Of a stretch of DNA of 64,000 nucleotides, positions 54,303 through 64,000 are shown in pieces. Source of the stretch: Synechococcus sp. AG-679-D13 (GTDB taxonomy: Bacteria > Cyanobacteriota > Cyanobacteriia > PCC-6307 > Cyanobiaceae); NCBI GenBank assembly GCA_003210735.1, contig QCUM01000007.1:2745-66744 (forward strand), given 5' to 3'. The notes below the pieces were generated by a model. It was not told the DNA's origin, made no database searches, and saw only the letters and a program-made list of their open reading frames with translations. Position 1 is the first letter of the stretch. Every line of letters starts with the position of its first letter. A program made the position numbers and the translations under genes.

Positions 54303-56326
54303 TCCAGTTCACCCTCCACAGCCTTCACGGCTGCGGGGATGGACTGCACAGCTGATGGCAACCTCCACAAGCGACCTGACAACACAGCACTGAGATCGGC
54401 CAACGCATCGATTAATTGATTGTTGTGCCGCTGCTGAGCCACTTCCGCCACCGACGCGGCCGACCAGGGTTGCGCCGAGGCCAGAAGTACAACAATGCGA
54501 TAGGCAGAAGGCCAGGGGGTATCAGGGAGATGCTCGTCCAGATCGGCGAATGCATTGGCAGCCTCCCCAGGGCGATTGGCCAACACCGCCAGCAGGGCCA
54601 GAGTCCAGCGAGCCTGCGAATCGTCCGGATCGGCCTGAAGCCGCTCCTGGGCCTGCCTCTGCACTGGCTTTCGATACAGAAAATGGCCATCGAGCATGTG
54701 CTCAACGGCCACAGCGGAGAACACCGGATCCAACCCAACAGGGCCCTGCGCAAGCCCAGCCGCCAAAGCAGGAAACCGCGATTCAAAGCCGTCCGCCGGT
54801 GGGTGATCATCCCGTCTCCGCCAGAGGGAGTAGCTGCCGCCCTTGGGACGCGGGAACTGTTGCAGCTGCTGAAAGATCCCGCTGCTGCGCACGGCACGGT
54901 CCATTCTCCGTGCGCTCCTGCGGACGGAACCCTGGTGTCCCTCCGCCAGCACCACCCATTCAGCTCGGTGTAGAACCGGGAGAACATCGCCCGGATGGCC
55001 ACCGAGTTGCCGCCCAACGGTCTGCCCACCATCGCGGCGGCCGTAAAAGCTGATGTTGTGCTGATTGAGATCAGAGGTGCTCGGCACCACGATCAACGTT
55101 CGGGGCGGTTGGCCGGGCACACCGCCTCCAGCCGCCAGCACCAAGTCCTCCACCGGCCCTCTAGGGCGACTGACCAGACGCTGCCACTGCAACTGCCAAC
55201 CTGCCGGAATGCAAGCCAGCAGTCCAACGGCCAGGGCCGGAGTAGACCAGGACGGCCTCCAGCGCTGCAGCCAGAGGCCCCACTGCCACCAGCCCCGGCT
55301 GAGCAACAGCAACAGCATTGGCAGCAACGGAGCGATGTAACGGTCGCCTTTATTCGGGCTCAGGGTGGTGAGAATCCACGCCGCAAAAAGATTGAGCAGC
55401 AACCAGCGCCAGGACCAGTCAAAAGCGAGCGGTTGCTGGCGCCGCTGCCACCACCAGATCAGCAGTCCTGAGAGACCAACGATCAGCAACACGGAGCCCA
55501 ACTGCTCCGGCAGCAGCCTTGGGTACCAGAGCCAACCCTCCGGACTGCGCCAGCCCGGATCCCCTTCACGGGCGGCCGACTCGAACACGGCCCTGTTGGT
55601 GCCACCCAGGCTGGTGATCCAGTTGTGGCGCAGCCAGGGGCCGATCAACGCAGCTCCCAGCAGTGGCAGCAGCAGAGCTTGACGCAGCCAGGTGCCACGG
55701 CGATGCAGAGCGAGACATGCTGCCCAACAACCGGCAGGAATCAGCACCAGCAAAGCGCTCTGCTTCACCAGCACCGCCGCAAGAGCAGCCAGGGTTGCCA
55801 CCCAAGCCTGCCCCCAGCGACCGCCATGCTGCGGATCAAGCCAGACATCCAAACGCCAAAGGCCCAAGGTCACTACTGCGGCCAGGGGCATCTCGAGCAC
55901 ATAATCCGTACGCAGCTCCAGCAGAGCCGGAGCCAGAGCGACCAGCAAGCACGCGAGCAGGGCCAGGCCATCGCCCTGCAGACGTCGGCCCCAGCCCGCC
56001 ACCGCCACCAGCAGCAGCCCATGCCAGAGGCTGAGACTCCAGGCAGCTTGAGCCGGGTCATCACCGCTGAACGACATCACGCTGCCGTTCACCAGCGAAG
56101 CCAGAGGGGGAATCTTGGGGGAGAGATCCAACAACGACGTCCATCCCTGCCAGCTCCCACCCGGAAGGAGACCAAGCGCACGGCCATGGTCAAGGGCGCT
56201 GTTGAGATAGTCAGCCTGATCCCAGGCTGGAACTCCGCCCTGGTGAACCCACCAGAGGCGATCCAGGACTGTGGCCAACAGCCAGATCAATACAACCCCA
56301 AAGCAGAAGCGCCACCGCTGTCTCAC
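54281..56326 (-). CDS. GT-C (ArnT/PMT, family 39-like) glycosyltransferase
   Basis: [13 protein letters not shown] and NKGDRY motifs; many TM segments. Confidence 0.8.
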   Translation of the reverse strand: MRQRWRFCFGVVLIWLLATVLDRLWWVHQGGVPAWDQADYLNSALDHGRALGLLPGGSWQGWTSLLDLSPKIPPLASLVNGSVMSFSGDDPAQAAWSLSLWHGLLLVAVAGWGRRLQGDGLALLACLLVALAPALLELRTDYVLEMPLAAVVTLGLWRLDVWLDPQHGGRWGQAWVATLAALAAVLVKQSALLVLIPAGCWAACLALHRRGTWLRQALLLPLLGAALIGPWLRHNWITSLGGTNRAVFESAAREGDPGWRSPEGWLWYPRLLPEQLGSVLLIVGLSGLLIWWWQRRQQPLAFDWSWRWLLLNLFAAWILTTLSPNKGDRYIAPLLPMLLLLLSRGWWQWGLWLQRWRPSWSTPALAVGLLACIPAGWQLQWQRLVSRPRGPVEDLVLAAGGGVPGQPPRTLIVVPSTSDLNQHNISFYGRRDGGQTVGRQLGGHPGDVLPVLHRAEWVVLAEGHQGSVRRSARRMDRAVRSSGIFQQLQQFPRPKGGSYSLWRRRDDHPPADGFESRFPALAAGLAQGPVGLDPVFSAVAVEHMLDGHFLYRKPVQRQAQERLQADPDDSQARWTLALLAVLANRPGEAANAFADLDEHLPDTPWPSAYRIVVLLASAQPWSAASVAEVAQQRHNNQLIDALADLSAVLSGRLWRLPSAVQSIPAAVKAVEGELDQAQASS

Positions 56327-56991
56327 GCGATCTCCAGCCGTCGGCGCTCGTCCTGAAGCCGTTTGCGCCGCTGCTTGGCCTCCCGCAGCATTTCACGGCC
56401 GTCGTGGAGGTAGTTATCCACGTAACCCATCGTGTAGCGCTCCAACTCCACCAGGGCGTCCTCCACTTCGGAGAAGCAGTGATAAACACTCAAACCAAAT
56501 CCACCAACAGAAGGAGGGGTGGGCAGCGACTGAAATAGCTCTTTGATCCGTTCGATCCGACGGCCACTGCTTTCGAGGTAGCCACAGAATGCCTCCATCA
56601 GCTCATCGTCGTAGGGATCCGCCGACAGGGCCTTGAACTGGTTGGGGAAGGGGTTGATCACCTCCCCGAGCAAGCGATCAATCGGTGCATAAACCTGCCG
56701 CAACCATCGCACCAGTGCATCGTCCGCCTCCACAGCACGGTTGTGCTCGGCTGCAGCCCGACGCAGATCCGGCGCCGTTGTGGAACGCCCTGATCGCAAC
56801 CGCGTCCGGTCGTGAGCCCGGCGCCGCTCGACATCACTCAGAACTTCCCAGGCTGCATTCAGCGCCAACATCCGTTGGTCATCCCCACCGGCGTCGGGAT
56901 GATGCTGCTTCACCAATCGCCGATAGGCCGCTTTGATCTCAGCAGCGGTGGCGGATGGGAGAACCTCCAGCACGGCGTAGGGATCGGCCAT
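56323..56991 (-). CDS. J-domain (DnaJ type III) protein
   Basis: [21 protein letters not shown]. Confidence 0.9.
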   Translation of the reverse strand: MADPYAVLEVLPSATAAEIKAAYRRLVKQHHPDAGGDDQRMLALNAAWEVLSDVERRRAHDRTRLRSGRSTTAPDLRRAAAEHNRAVEADDALVRWLRQVYAPIDRLLGEVINPFPNQFKALSADPYDDELMEAFCGYLESSGRRIERIKELFQSLPTPPSVGGFGLSVYHCFSEVEDALVELERYTMGYVDNYLHDGREMLREAKQRRKRLQDERRRLEIA

Positions 56992-57015
56992 CACTCAACG
57001 TTTCTTGCACCATGG

Positions 57016-57984
57016 TCACAGCTGCGCGTCCCGACGTGCCGGCAAAAGGGCGCCCGACGTGAACATGGGTGTGGAGAGATAGCGCTCGCCATAGCTGGCC
57101 AGCATCACCACAATGCGCCTATCGGCAAAGGATGGACGCTGAGCCAGTTGCAGGGCTGCCGCCACTGCTGCGCCACTGCTGATACCGCAGAGCAGCCCCT
57201 CGGCCCGGGCCAGCCGACGGCCGGTCTCCATCGCCGCGGCATCGTCCACAGCAATCACCTCATCGATCAGGTCACGGTCCAGCACAGCGGGGACAAACCC
57301 CGCACCGATGCCCTGGATGCGATGCGCTCCCGGCGGCTTGCCTGAGAGCACAGCACTCCCAGCCGGCTCCACAGCCACCACGTGCAGGTCCGAATTGCGC
57401 TGCCTTAGCAAACGGGCACAACCCGTGATCGTGCCACCGGTGCCAACCCCGGCCACCAGCGCATCCAGCCTTCCTTCACAGTCGCGCCAGATCTCCTCCG
57501 CTGTGGTGCGTTCATGCACAGCTGGATTGGCTGGGTTATCAAACTGCTGCAGGAGATAGGCCCCAGGGATTTCAGTCTCAAGCTCTTGTGCCAAGGCAAT
57601 GGCACCCGCCATTCCCTGTGCTCCATCGGTGAGTTGCAGCTCGGCTCCGTAGGCCCGGAGCATGGCTCGCCGCTCGGTGCTCATCGTGTCCGGCATGGTG
57701 AGGATCAGCCGGTACCCACGGGCTGCAGCCACCATCGCCAGAGCGATTCCGGTGTTGCCGCTGGTGGGCTCCACGAGCACCGTTCGCCCCGGTTGAATCG
57801 TGCCCTGGGCCTCCGCCTCCAGCACCATGGCACTGGCGATCCGATCTTTCACCGAAGCAGAGGGATTGAAGCTTTCGAGCTTGGCCACCACCTCAGCGAG
57901 ACAGCCGTTCTCCAATGGCAGCCGGTTGAGCCTCACACAAGGCGTGCTTCCGATCAAAGCGGTGATGTCGGAGGCAATACCCAT
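57016..57984 (-). CDS. cysK: Cysteine synthase (O-acetylserine thiol-lyase)
   Basis: [22 protein letters not shown] and HRIQGIGAG motifs. Confidence 0.95.
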   Translation of the reverse strand: MGIASDITALIGSTPCVRLNRLPLENGCLAEVVAKLESFNPSASVKDRIASAMVLEAEAQGTIQPGRTVLVEPTSGNTGIALAMVAAARGYRLILTMPDTMSTERRAMLRAYGAELQLTDGAQGMAGAIALAQELETEIPGAYLLQQFDNPANPAVHERTTAEEIWRDCEGRLDALVAGVGTGGTITGCARLLRQRNSDLHVVAVEPAGSAVLSGKPPGAHRIQGIGAGFVPAVLDRDLIDEVIAVDDAAAMETGRRLARAEGLLCGISSGAAVAAALQLAQRPSFADRRIVVMLASYGERYLSTPMFTSGALLPARRDAQL

Positions 57985-58080
57985 CTGCAGTTCAGGCGCA
58001 AACCGAAAAGCAATTCAACTTTCCCATTTCGATCACAAACACACCTGGTTCAGGCCTTTAAGGCCAAGACAGAAAGAAAT

Positions 58081-58110
58081 AAAAAAAGCCGCCCCATGAA
58101 GGGACGGCAT
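58081..58110 (-). terminator. Rho-independent terminator of the porin gene
   Basis: Minus strand GCCGTCCC-TTCAT-GGGGCGGC followed by T7. Confidence 0.85.
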
Positions 58111-58136
58111 AAACGAAGCGATGAAAACTGCTTTGA

Positions 58137-59579
58137 TCAGAATGTGAACGTGGTTTTCACATAACCACCATGCACATAATCGCCGGAGAGGGCGCCTGAG
58201 TACTCATCAATCGCGAAGTAGGTAGGCGTAATTGTGATGTTGTCAGTTACAACAAACTTGTAGAAGACCTCATACATTTTGTTGTAGTCATCATCAACCT
58301 TAGGCGCTTGACCAGTAGCGAATCCGAAGGAATTACCCTCCAGGAACACATCGCTCCACTCAAATCCAACGTACCAACCGTGGATTTCATCATCAGAATC
58401 ATCAGGATCCGACATGGACCAACCACCGCTGATCGAAGGAATCAAGCCTGAATCCTCTGGCTTCCAAGCAGCTGCGACACTGTATCCAACACGGTTATCA
58501 CCGGCAGCATCATTGGCCTTATTGGTACCAATGGTCAGGCCAACATTTTGTGCGTAGGCAAAACCCACCTGCGCCAGGAAATTACCATTGAACAGCTCAC
58601 CGTCATAAAAGAGCTGCCAAGACGACGTGGAGCCAGTCTCATCCCGACCGATACCAGTGGAATTTCCATCCCAGGCAACATAGTTACCACTAAATGAGAA
58701 CCCGGAATCGCCAAAGCTGTAAACAGCACCTAAGCCAGCCCCAGCACCAGCAAGGTTATTGGTCGCCCAAGCACCGCCGTAGGTGAAGAAATCAAGCAGG
58801 AGGTCCGAGGGATAGTACGTGGCATAGCCTGCATACATACCGGCATCGTCGGTACGAACGACGGGACCGGCTGTCACCGTGAGATTGTCACCAACCGGGA
58901 AGGTGTAGAAGAGACGATCAACTACAAGAGCGCTATCAGTTCCTGAAGCTGTCTCTACAAAAGACAGACCATTAATAAATGGGCCGGTGAAGTTACCCGC
59001 ACGGAGACGGGTTGTAAGCATGTCCTTACCCGTGAATGACGTATCCAACGTCAAACGAAAGTCATATTGGAAGGTGAAGTTTTCACCACCACCGGAGGGA
59101 TCGAATCCATCCATACCACCCATAACCCAAGCGGTATAGCCCTTGAGCTTGGTGGTGGTGGAGAACTGGGTTGCTTCCAGTTCGCCCACGCGGGCTTCCA
59201 GACCGTCCACACGGCCTTTGATGATCGCCAGTTCGGTTTCGAACTCACGGATCAGGCGCTTCAGCTCATCGGTCATGCCGGTGACGCTGTCGAGGCAGGC
59301 GTTCAGCAGGGCTGCAGCCTCGTAACGGGTCATTGCCCGATTGCCACGGAAGGTGCCGTTGGGATAACCGGCGACGCAGCCGTAGGTCTCCACCAGATTG
59401 CTCAGAGCCTGATAGGCCCAGTCGGTGGGATAAACGTCGGAAAACTGGGTGACGCTGGTCACCTGATCAGCAGCGGCGTACTCGGAGACACCGTTGATGT
59501 TCAGCTCGGCGGCATTAGCGCCAGTGGCCAAGAGGCCAAGGGCGGCAGGAGCCACCAGCAGTTGCTGGAAAAGCTTCAT
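58137..59579 (-). CDS. som: Som-type SLH-domain outer membrane porin
   Basis: MKLFQQLLVAPAALG; SLH domain FSDVYPTDWAYQAL; coiled coil; QFSTTTKLKG; terminal F. Confidence 0.95.
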   Translation of the reverse strand: MKLFQQLLVAPAALGLLATGANAAELNINGVSEYAAADQVTSVTQFSDVYPTDWAYQALSNLVETYGCVAGYPNGTFRGNRAMTRYEAAALLNACLDSVTGMTDELKRLIREFETELAIIKGRVDGLEARVGELEATQFSTTTKLKGYTAWVMGGMDGFDPSGGGENFTFQYDFRLTLDTSFTGKDMLTTRLRAGNFTGPFINGLSFVETASGTDSALVVDRLFYTFPVGDNLTVTAGPVVRTDDAGMYAGYATYYPSDLLLDFFTYGGAWATNNLAGAGAGLGAVYSFGDSGFSFSGNYVAWDGNSTGIGRDETGSTSSWQLFYDGELFNGNFLAQVGFAYAQNVGLTIGTNKANDAAGDNRVGYSVAAAWKPEDSGLIPSISGGWSMSDPDDSDDEIHGWYVGFEWSDVFLEGNSFGFATGQAPKVDDDYNKMYEVFYKFVVTDNITITPTYFAIDEYSGALSGDYVHGGYVKTTFTF

Positions 59580-59580
59580 G

Positions 59581-59592
59581 AGTTCCTCACAC
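59581..59592 (-). promoter_or_regulatory. Candidate Yfr1 sRNA seed target overlapping the porin RBS
   Basis: The mRNA reads GUGUGAGGA directly before the start, complementary to 9 nt of the conserved Yfr1 motif ACUCCUCACAC. Confidence 0.6.
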
Positions 59593-60276
59593 AGGAATGC
59601 CCAGAATTTGGGCACACATACTTTGCCATCCATTTGTCGTAAGTGCTACCGCTTTGAGCCTTCCTCTGTGACACTTGCTGTTCCTGCTACATATTTCAGG
59701 GAATTTCTTTGGCTTTGGCGGCGCCGCGCGCTTCACACGACCAAGTCTAAATGTATTTTATGAGACACTTGCGAGTCTTTTATTATTCGTCGGTGAGTGT
59801 TTGTGGCTATGGCGGCGTAAATTAATCACAAATCAAGCGCTCACTTCGTAATGGCTTGCGGGAGGACTCTTGTGGTGTCCAACAAGAAGAAAAAATGTAA
59901 AAAATCGAAATGTTCCCATTGGAAGGGTGGGAAATGCAGATGTGGCAGAGAGTGAAAATAATTTCGGTGGTTTTTAGCCCTTTGAGAGTTAATCAAATTC
60001 TGGGTTTATTTTTGGGATCCATCTTTTGTGTCAAGATAGATATCCTATGCTTGAATTTCGCCAAAGTGGAGTTTTTGGACGTCCTTCCACTATTTGCGCG
60101 ACTTTATTGATTTCAATCGTAGCTCCGAATGCTTGTCTTGCCTGAATATTGACGATACCTTTCTGTCTTTAGAGCTATTTGGATTTCAATACACCTCTTT
60201 TGATTTTAATTGAATCTCCATCTGAAGACCATTTGGCAGCGTAGCTGATTTGTGCTTTAGAACTTTCTGCAAGTTT

Positions 60277-60987
60277 TTAACATCCCAGTAAATCTTTTAT
60301 TGTTTCCACAATTAAGTTCAGAATGCTAGTGGTGGTTTGTTGGCGTAGCGATGAATGCTCAAGATCATGGTCAAGTTCTAATTTGTTTTTTTGAAAGATT
60401 TCTTCTATGTGCTTCCGCCGTTCCCGTTCAGAGATCTGTTGCTGTTCAAGCGCACGTCGTTCTTGATTGAGTTTCTCTCCTCCGGCACGACTCCATTCCA
60501 GCAATTGTCTTAACTCCCCAGCGTCGAGCCATATTCCGTGGTCACGACAGCTGTCTACGATGACGCCACTACGTTTGCCATGTAGTTTTCGATTCATCAG
60601 TGTTCGGCACACTGGGCAGGGACGATATCTCCACCCTTTGACCAATGATCGATTTGAATTTTCCAGATTGGTCAGTAGTCGATAGTTAATTTCACTCGGT
60701 TGTCTCACCTTTGTTTCTAGGATCATATCCAAAACATTTCTCTGTACAAATAGACCTAGACAGTTGCTGCAACGATTTACATTTAGAGACTGTTCAATTG
60801 TTCCGTTTGTCGATTCTATAAACATAGGTTCGAGTGGAATTTCGCAGTCTGGGCATAGATAACTTTCCAGGTCATTTGCAGCGATCGATCTTCCTGATCC
60901 TTGAAGATCAACATCGATGCGTTGTCCGCAATACGTGCAAACCACACCGTGAGATGGAATGGGTGCGGCACAGGAGGGGCAATTCAC
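60277..60987 (-). CDS. Multi-zinc-ribbon protein (zf-TFIIB-like) with C-terminal coiled coil
   Basis: CPSC..CTYC; CPDC..CSNCLGLF; CPVC..CRDHGIWLDAGEL; GTGA overlap with the SPFH gene. Confidence 0.8.
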   Translation of the reverse strand: MNCPSCAAPIPSHGVVCTYCGQRIDVDLQGSGRSIAANDLESYLCPDCEIPLEPMFIESTNGTIEQSLNVNRCSNCLGLFVQRNVLDMILETKVRQPSEINYRLLTNLENSNRSLVKGWRYRPCPVCRTLMNRKLHGKRSGVIVDSCRDHGIWLDAGELRQLLEWSRAGGEKLNQERRALEQQQISERERRKHIEEIFQKNKLELDHDLEHSSLRQQTTTSILNLIVETIKDLLGC

Positions 60988-61904
60988 TGAGAGTTTGTTG
61001 AATCTTTATCGCTATCGACCTTTTGTTTCTCACTGGTTTTTGCTTCTTGACTTGGTGTTGTTGCTTGGCTTCGTTCACCGAGGCCAAAACCCATCGCTAA
61101 CCCTGCAGCTCCAGCAGCCATCCCCCCTTGATTTTGAGCCGCTTTTTCAAGCGCAATACCATCTTGGTATTTTTTGAATGCATCCAGATCGCCCGTCAGT
61201 CCAATCGCTGCGCGCCGGTCGATTGCTGCTTCCACTTCTGCGGGTAATGCTAGATTTTCAATTAATAGATTTGAAATTTTAAGTCCATACTCTTCAGACG
61301 TCGAAATTAAACGTTGATTCAAGCTTTCAGCAATCTCGTCATAGTTTGATGAAAGATCAAGTGCAGAAATTTTGCATTCACCAAGATAGTCGGCGAGACG
61401 GCTGACAATTAAGTTGCGCAGCTGTTCTTCAATGTCATTGAGACTGAACCTGGCTTGGCTGCCATTTAAATTCTTTATCAGTGTCTTTGAATCGCTTACT
61501 AAGACTTCAAATGTTCCGAACCCCCTCAGCCTGATTGGACCTAGTTCTGCATCGCGCAACATAATTGGATGTTTTGTGCCCCAGCGTTGGTCTGTGAAGC
61601 GTCGCGAAGCAACGAAATAAACTTCTGCTTTGAAAGGACTTTCAAAGCCTGTGGGTAGAGACAGTATCGTTGTTAGTAGTGGCAGATTTCGAGTGGTCAA
61701 TGTATATCGACCTGGCTGAAAACAATCGGCGATTTGACCCTCATTAACAAAGATGGCCTGTTGCCCTTCACGCACAATTAGTTGAGCACGCCATTTTATG
61801 GCGTCTTTGTATCTTGGAAAGCGCCATGCAAGCAGATCTGATCCATCCTCATTCCATTCGATGACATCGACGAATTCACTCAGCAGCGGATCCAGTAAAC
61901 CCAT
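60984..61904 (-). CDS. SPFH/Band-7 domain protein (YdjI-like)
   Basis: DVIEW, QLIVREGQQAIFV, PGRYTLTT.NLP, SPFKAEVYFV, WGT..PI..RD and LP.EVE.AID motifs. Confidence 0.88.
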   Translation of the reverse strand: MGLLDPLLSEFVDVIEWNEDGSDLLAWRFPRYKDAIKWRAQLIVREGQQAIFVNEGQIADCFQPGRYTLTTRNLPLLTTILSLPTGFESPFKAEVYFVASRRFTDQRWGTKHPIMLRDAELGPIRLRGFGTFEVLVSDSKTLIKNLNGSQARFSLNDIEEQLRNLIVSRLADYLGECKISALDLSSNYDEIAESLNQRLISTSEEYGLKISNLLIENLALPAEVEAAIDRRAAIGLTGDLDAFKKYQDGIALEKAAQNQGGMAAGAAGLAMGFGLGERSQATTPSQEAKTSEKQKVDSDKDSTNSQ

Positions 61905-61996
61905 GGATAAAGCGATGAGGTCTTCTCAGCATGACCACTGGGCGTCCTTTTTGCAATATTTTCATTGTTCAAACACTTTTGATGCAAATAAAGTGA

Positions 61997-62260
61997 CTAT
62001 TTCTTTTTTGAGACCACTTCTTTGCCTGAAACATTGGGTTTGTTTTTAATTCTCCACAGGTAACCATCGTATTTTTGTTGATGAAGCTGATTTATTTGGT
62101 CAGATCTGAATGATGCGGACGTCGTTTTGGTTATGTCGAAGATGGTGGTTTTGATGTTGTTGTCCGGGTCTTTAAGAAGTACGTGATTGCCTCGTTGCTG
62201 AGTTGAACGTTGAGCCCCTTCCCAGCAGTCAGCACCCCCGCCGATGACTAATCCTTCTGA
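61997..62260 (-). pseudogene. Probable remnant of a small RTX-protein gene
   Basis: LVIGGGAD (one nonapeptide-like unit) followed by QQRGNHVLLKDPDNNIKTTI, similar to EQRGKNVWLTKGDDVKAVV in the intact RTX gene at 35.8-36.3 kb. Confidence 0.4.
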
Positions 62261-62429
62261 GTCAAGTGAACTCGGAAATTCAAGCCATTCAGGTACAAGA
62301 TCGTGCAGAAGCATGGCGGTTGAGAAGAGATTGTTACCCCCTCTCCCTTCGTGGCTTGGTCTGTCTCGACGTCTATGGTGTCGCTCCCGTTGTGCGTCGC
62401 TAGAAAAAGGCCACTTGGTAGTGGTCTGG

Positions 62430-63140
62430 ATGGAGCTGAGGCTTGATTCTCGCGGTTTGCATCAGGCCATTGATGACGCAGCCCGGTTTTTTCAGAACCA
62501 GCGGTTGGTGGCCTGTTGTGGCGACCGCTTCACCTTGACGTGTCTGTGTCTCACGGAGCCGATTCGTCGTTCAGTTGTTGGTGCCGCCACCACGGAGGAT
62601 GAGGGGTTCGACCTGGTGTTGCGCGCTCGGCCCAGTCTTTTGATCTGCACTGAGGACCTTGAATCTGGTTACGGCATGAACCTGCTCAAACGGGTGAAGG
62701 CTGAGTTGCCTGGCTGTCAGTTGTTGATTGTGCTTGTGCGCGAAACCCAGGCTGTGGTGAAAGAAGCGATGGAGGCTTATGCCGATGCTGTGATCTTTAA
62801 ATCAAGCCTCGGATCAGGCAACGGTGATTTCATTCAGGCGCTTCAGACTCTTTCTCAGGGAGGTGTCTATTTCCCAGAGGACATTCGTCGGCTGGGAGCG
62901 AGCCAAGACCCCAAACAGGATCTGCCCCCTTTGATCGAAGAGCTTACCGAGCGTGAGTTGGAGGTTGTGGCGGGGGTGGCCCGTGGCCTTACTAACAATG
63001 CGATTGGGAGTTGCCTCGGTATTTCGGTGGAGACGGTGAAAACGCATGTGGTGAATGCCAAGGGAAAGTTGGGGGCCAGTGATCGCACTCAGATGGCTGT
63101 AATGGCTCTGATTTATGGCTTGATTGATCCGTCCAATTGA
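62430..63140 (+). CDS. NarL/LuxR-family regulator with a degenerate receiver domain
   Basis: LTERELEVV..VARGLTN..I...L.IS.ETVKTHV HTH; the receiver lacks the canonical acidic residues. Confidence 0.9.
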   Translation: MELRLDSRGLHQAIDDAARFFQNQRLVACCGDRFTLTCLCLTEPIRRSVVGAATTEDEGFDLVLRARPSLLICTEDLESGYGMNLLKRVKAELPGCQLLIVLVRETQAVVKEAMEAYADAVIFKSSLGSGNGDFIQALQTLSQGGVYFPEDIRRLGASQDPKQDLPPLIEELTERELEVVAGVARGLTNNAIGSCLGISVETVKTHVVNAKGKLGASDRTQMAVMALIYGLIDPSN

Positions 63141-64000
63141 ACGGCATGCTTTTTCAACGTTGATGCAATATGCCTTCTGTTTGCAGAATTCTGTCTTTTA
63201 TTAAGTCTGTACTCTGGAATAGATCCTTTTTCTATTGATTCAGAGCACGAGGTTTGACAGCAAGTTTGAGGTTGATTCTGTCTTTTCAGTAGGAATATTG
63301 TGAGCGGCTATTGTTTTAATTCATTTTGTCTTTACCTTGCTTGAATTCGGTTTCTATTGATTTGATCTTTCCGTTTTGATGCTTCTGTTTTTACTGCATC
63401 ATGCTCGCAAGTTTTCATGTCAAATACCGTAAATTGCTTCTAGTATTACTCTCGCTTTATTGCTTTTTTATCGTATTGATTCCTCACTTCTTCTTGATAT
63501 TGTTTCTGCGCAAAATGTAAGACTTTGCTGTTCGCTGCATCATCGATAGCCAGATCACTCCCATGCGTGCAGCATTTGCCGTGATAGTCGCTTCACTTGC
63601 TTGAAATTTACTCAGGGCAGTTGATTTAGAAACTATTTACTTCCTGGCTTGAAGCCATTTCTATTATCAGTATCTCAATTTCTTTGTTGCTTTATTTTGT
63701 ATTTTCTTTGATTTCGGTAATCTTCGTGGCTTTTTGTTGTTCCGCTTTTTTCCCTGTCTTTCTCTTATCCTGCATGTCATATTTAAATTAGGTGTACAAA
63801 TTCAATTGTCGTTGACGCCCCATTAGGGTTTGTGCAAAATGTGGATATATCAATTCTCCTGGATCAATGGTTTACGAAAATGTATTGGCTGATCCTGCGA
63901 AATTTAATTTCAATGTTGTACGGGCTTGGTGAATGTCTATTCGATTCGCCATTGATCCTTGATGATTACGTCGACGAGGGGGAGTGTATTGTTTTTTCAA

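Larger units (their letters stand above)
59700..64000. other. AT-rich accessory region / genomic island edge
   Basis: Abrupt visible GC drop upstream of som, long non-coding stretches, gene remnants; no integrase or IS inside the window. Confidence 0.7.

Noticed and set aside
59910..60110. 66-aa plus-strand ORF in the island
   Set aside because: Low-complexity hydrophobic translation typical of T-rich non-coding DNA; no supporting homology pattern.
62244..62429. N-terminal extension of the LuxR ORF from ATG 62244
   Set aside because: The extension is not domain-like and overlaps the RTX remnant; ATG 62430 gives a normal-length regulator.
63297..63312. ATTGTGAGCGG resembling half of the lac operator
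   Set aside because: The second half does not match and there is no vector sequence around it; chance match.

Overview
A 64 kb chromosomal segment of a high-GC marine picocyanobacterium, most likely Synechococcus. Evidence: cyanobacterial 16S, hli, psbU, petL, ndhO, CRR7, zeta-carotene desaturase and a Som-type porin. Most of the window is core genome: ktrAB, anmK, ABC-F, a DegP-type protease, hrpB, xseAB, a full rrn operon on the minus strand (16S-tRNAIle-tRNAAla-23S-5S), tolC, uppP, psbU, nadB, VKOR, rimO, PTPS, aroK, rbfA, nagZ, hemD, crtQ, iscA, ndhO and cysK. Three visibly AT-richer accessory patches interrupt it: (1) a small RTX gene at about 35.8-36.3 kb; (2) a convergent cassette of a large MscS and a kinase-like DUF2252 gene at about 39.6-43.2 kb; (3) an island edge from about 59.7 kb to the end, with an SPFH + triple-zinc-ribbon operon, an RTX remnant, an atypical LuxR regulator and decayed DNA. 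The sharpest sequence-level oddity is tolC, which is split by one extra base in a G9/C9 run just after its signal-peptide region (phase variation, a mutant or an assembly error). No CRISPR array, IS element, integrase or prophage was seen. All calls come from reading motifs by eye; no database searches were run.
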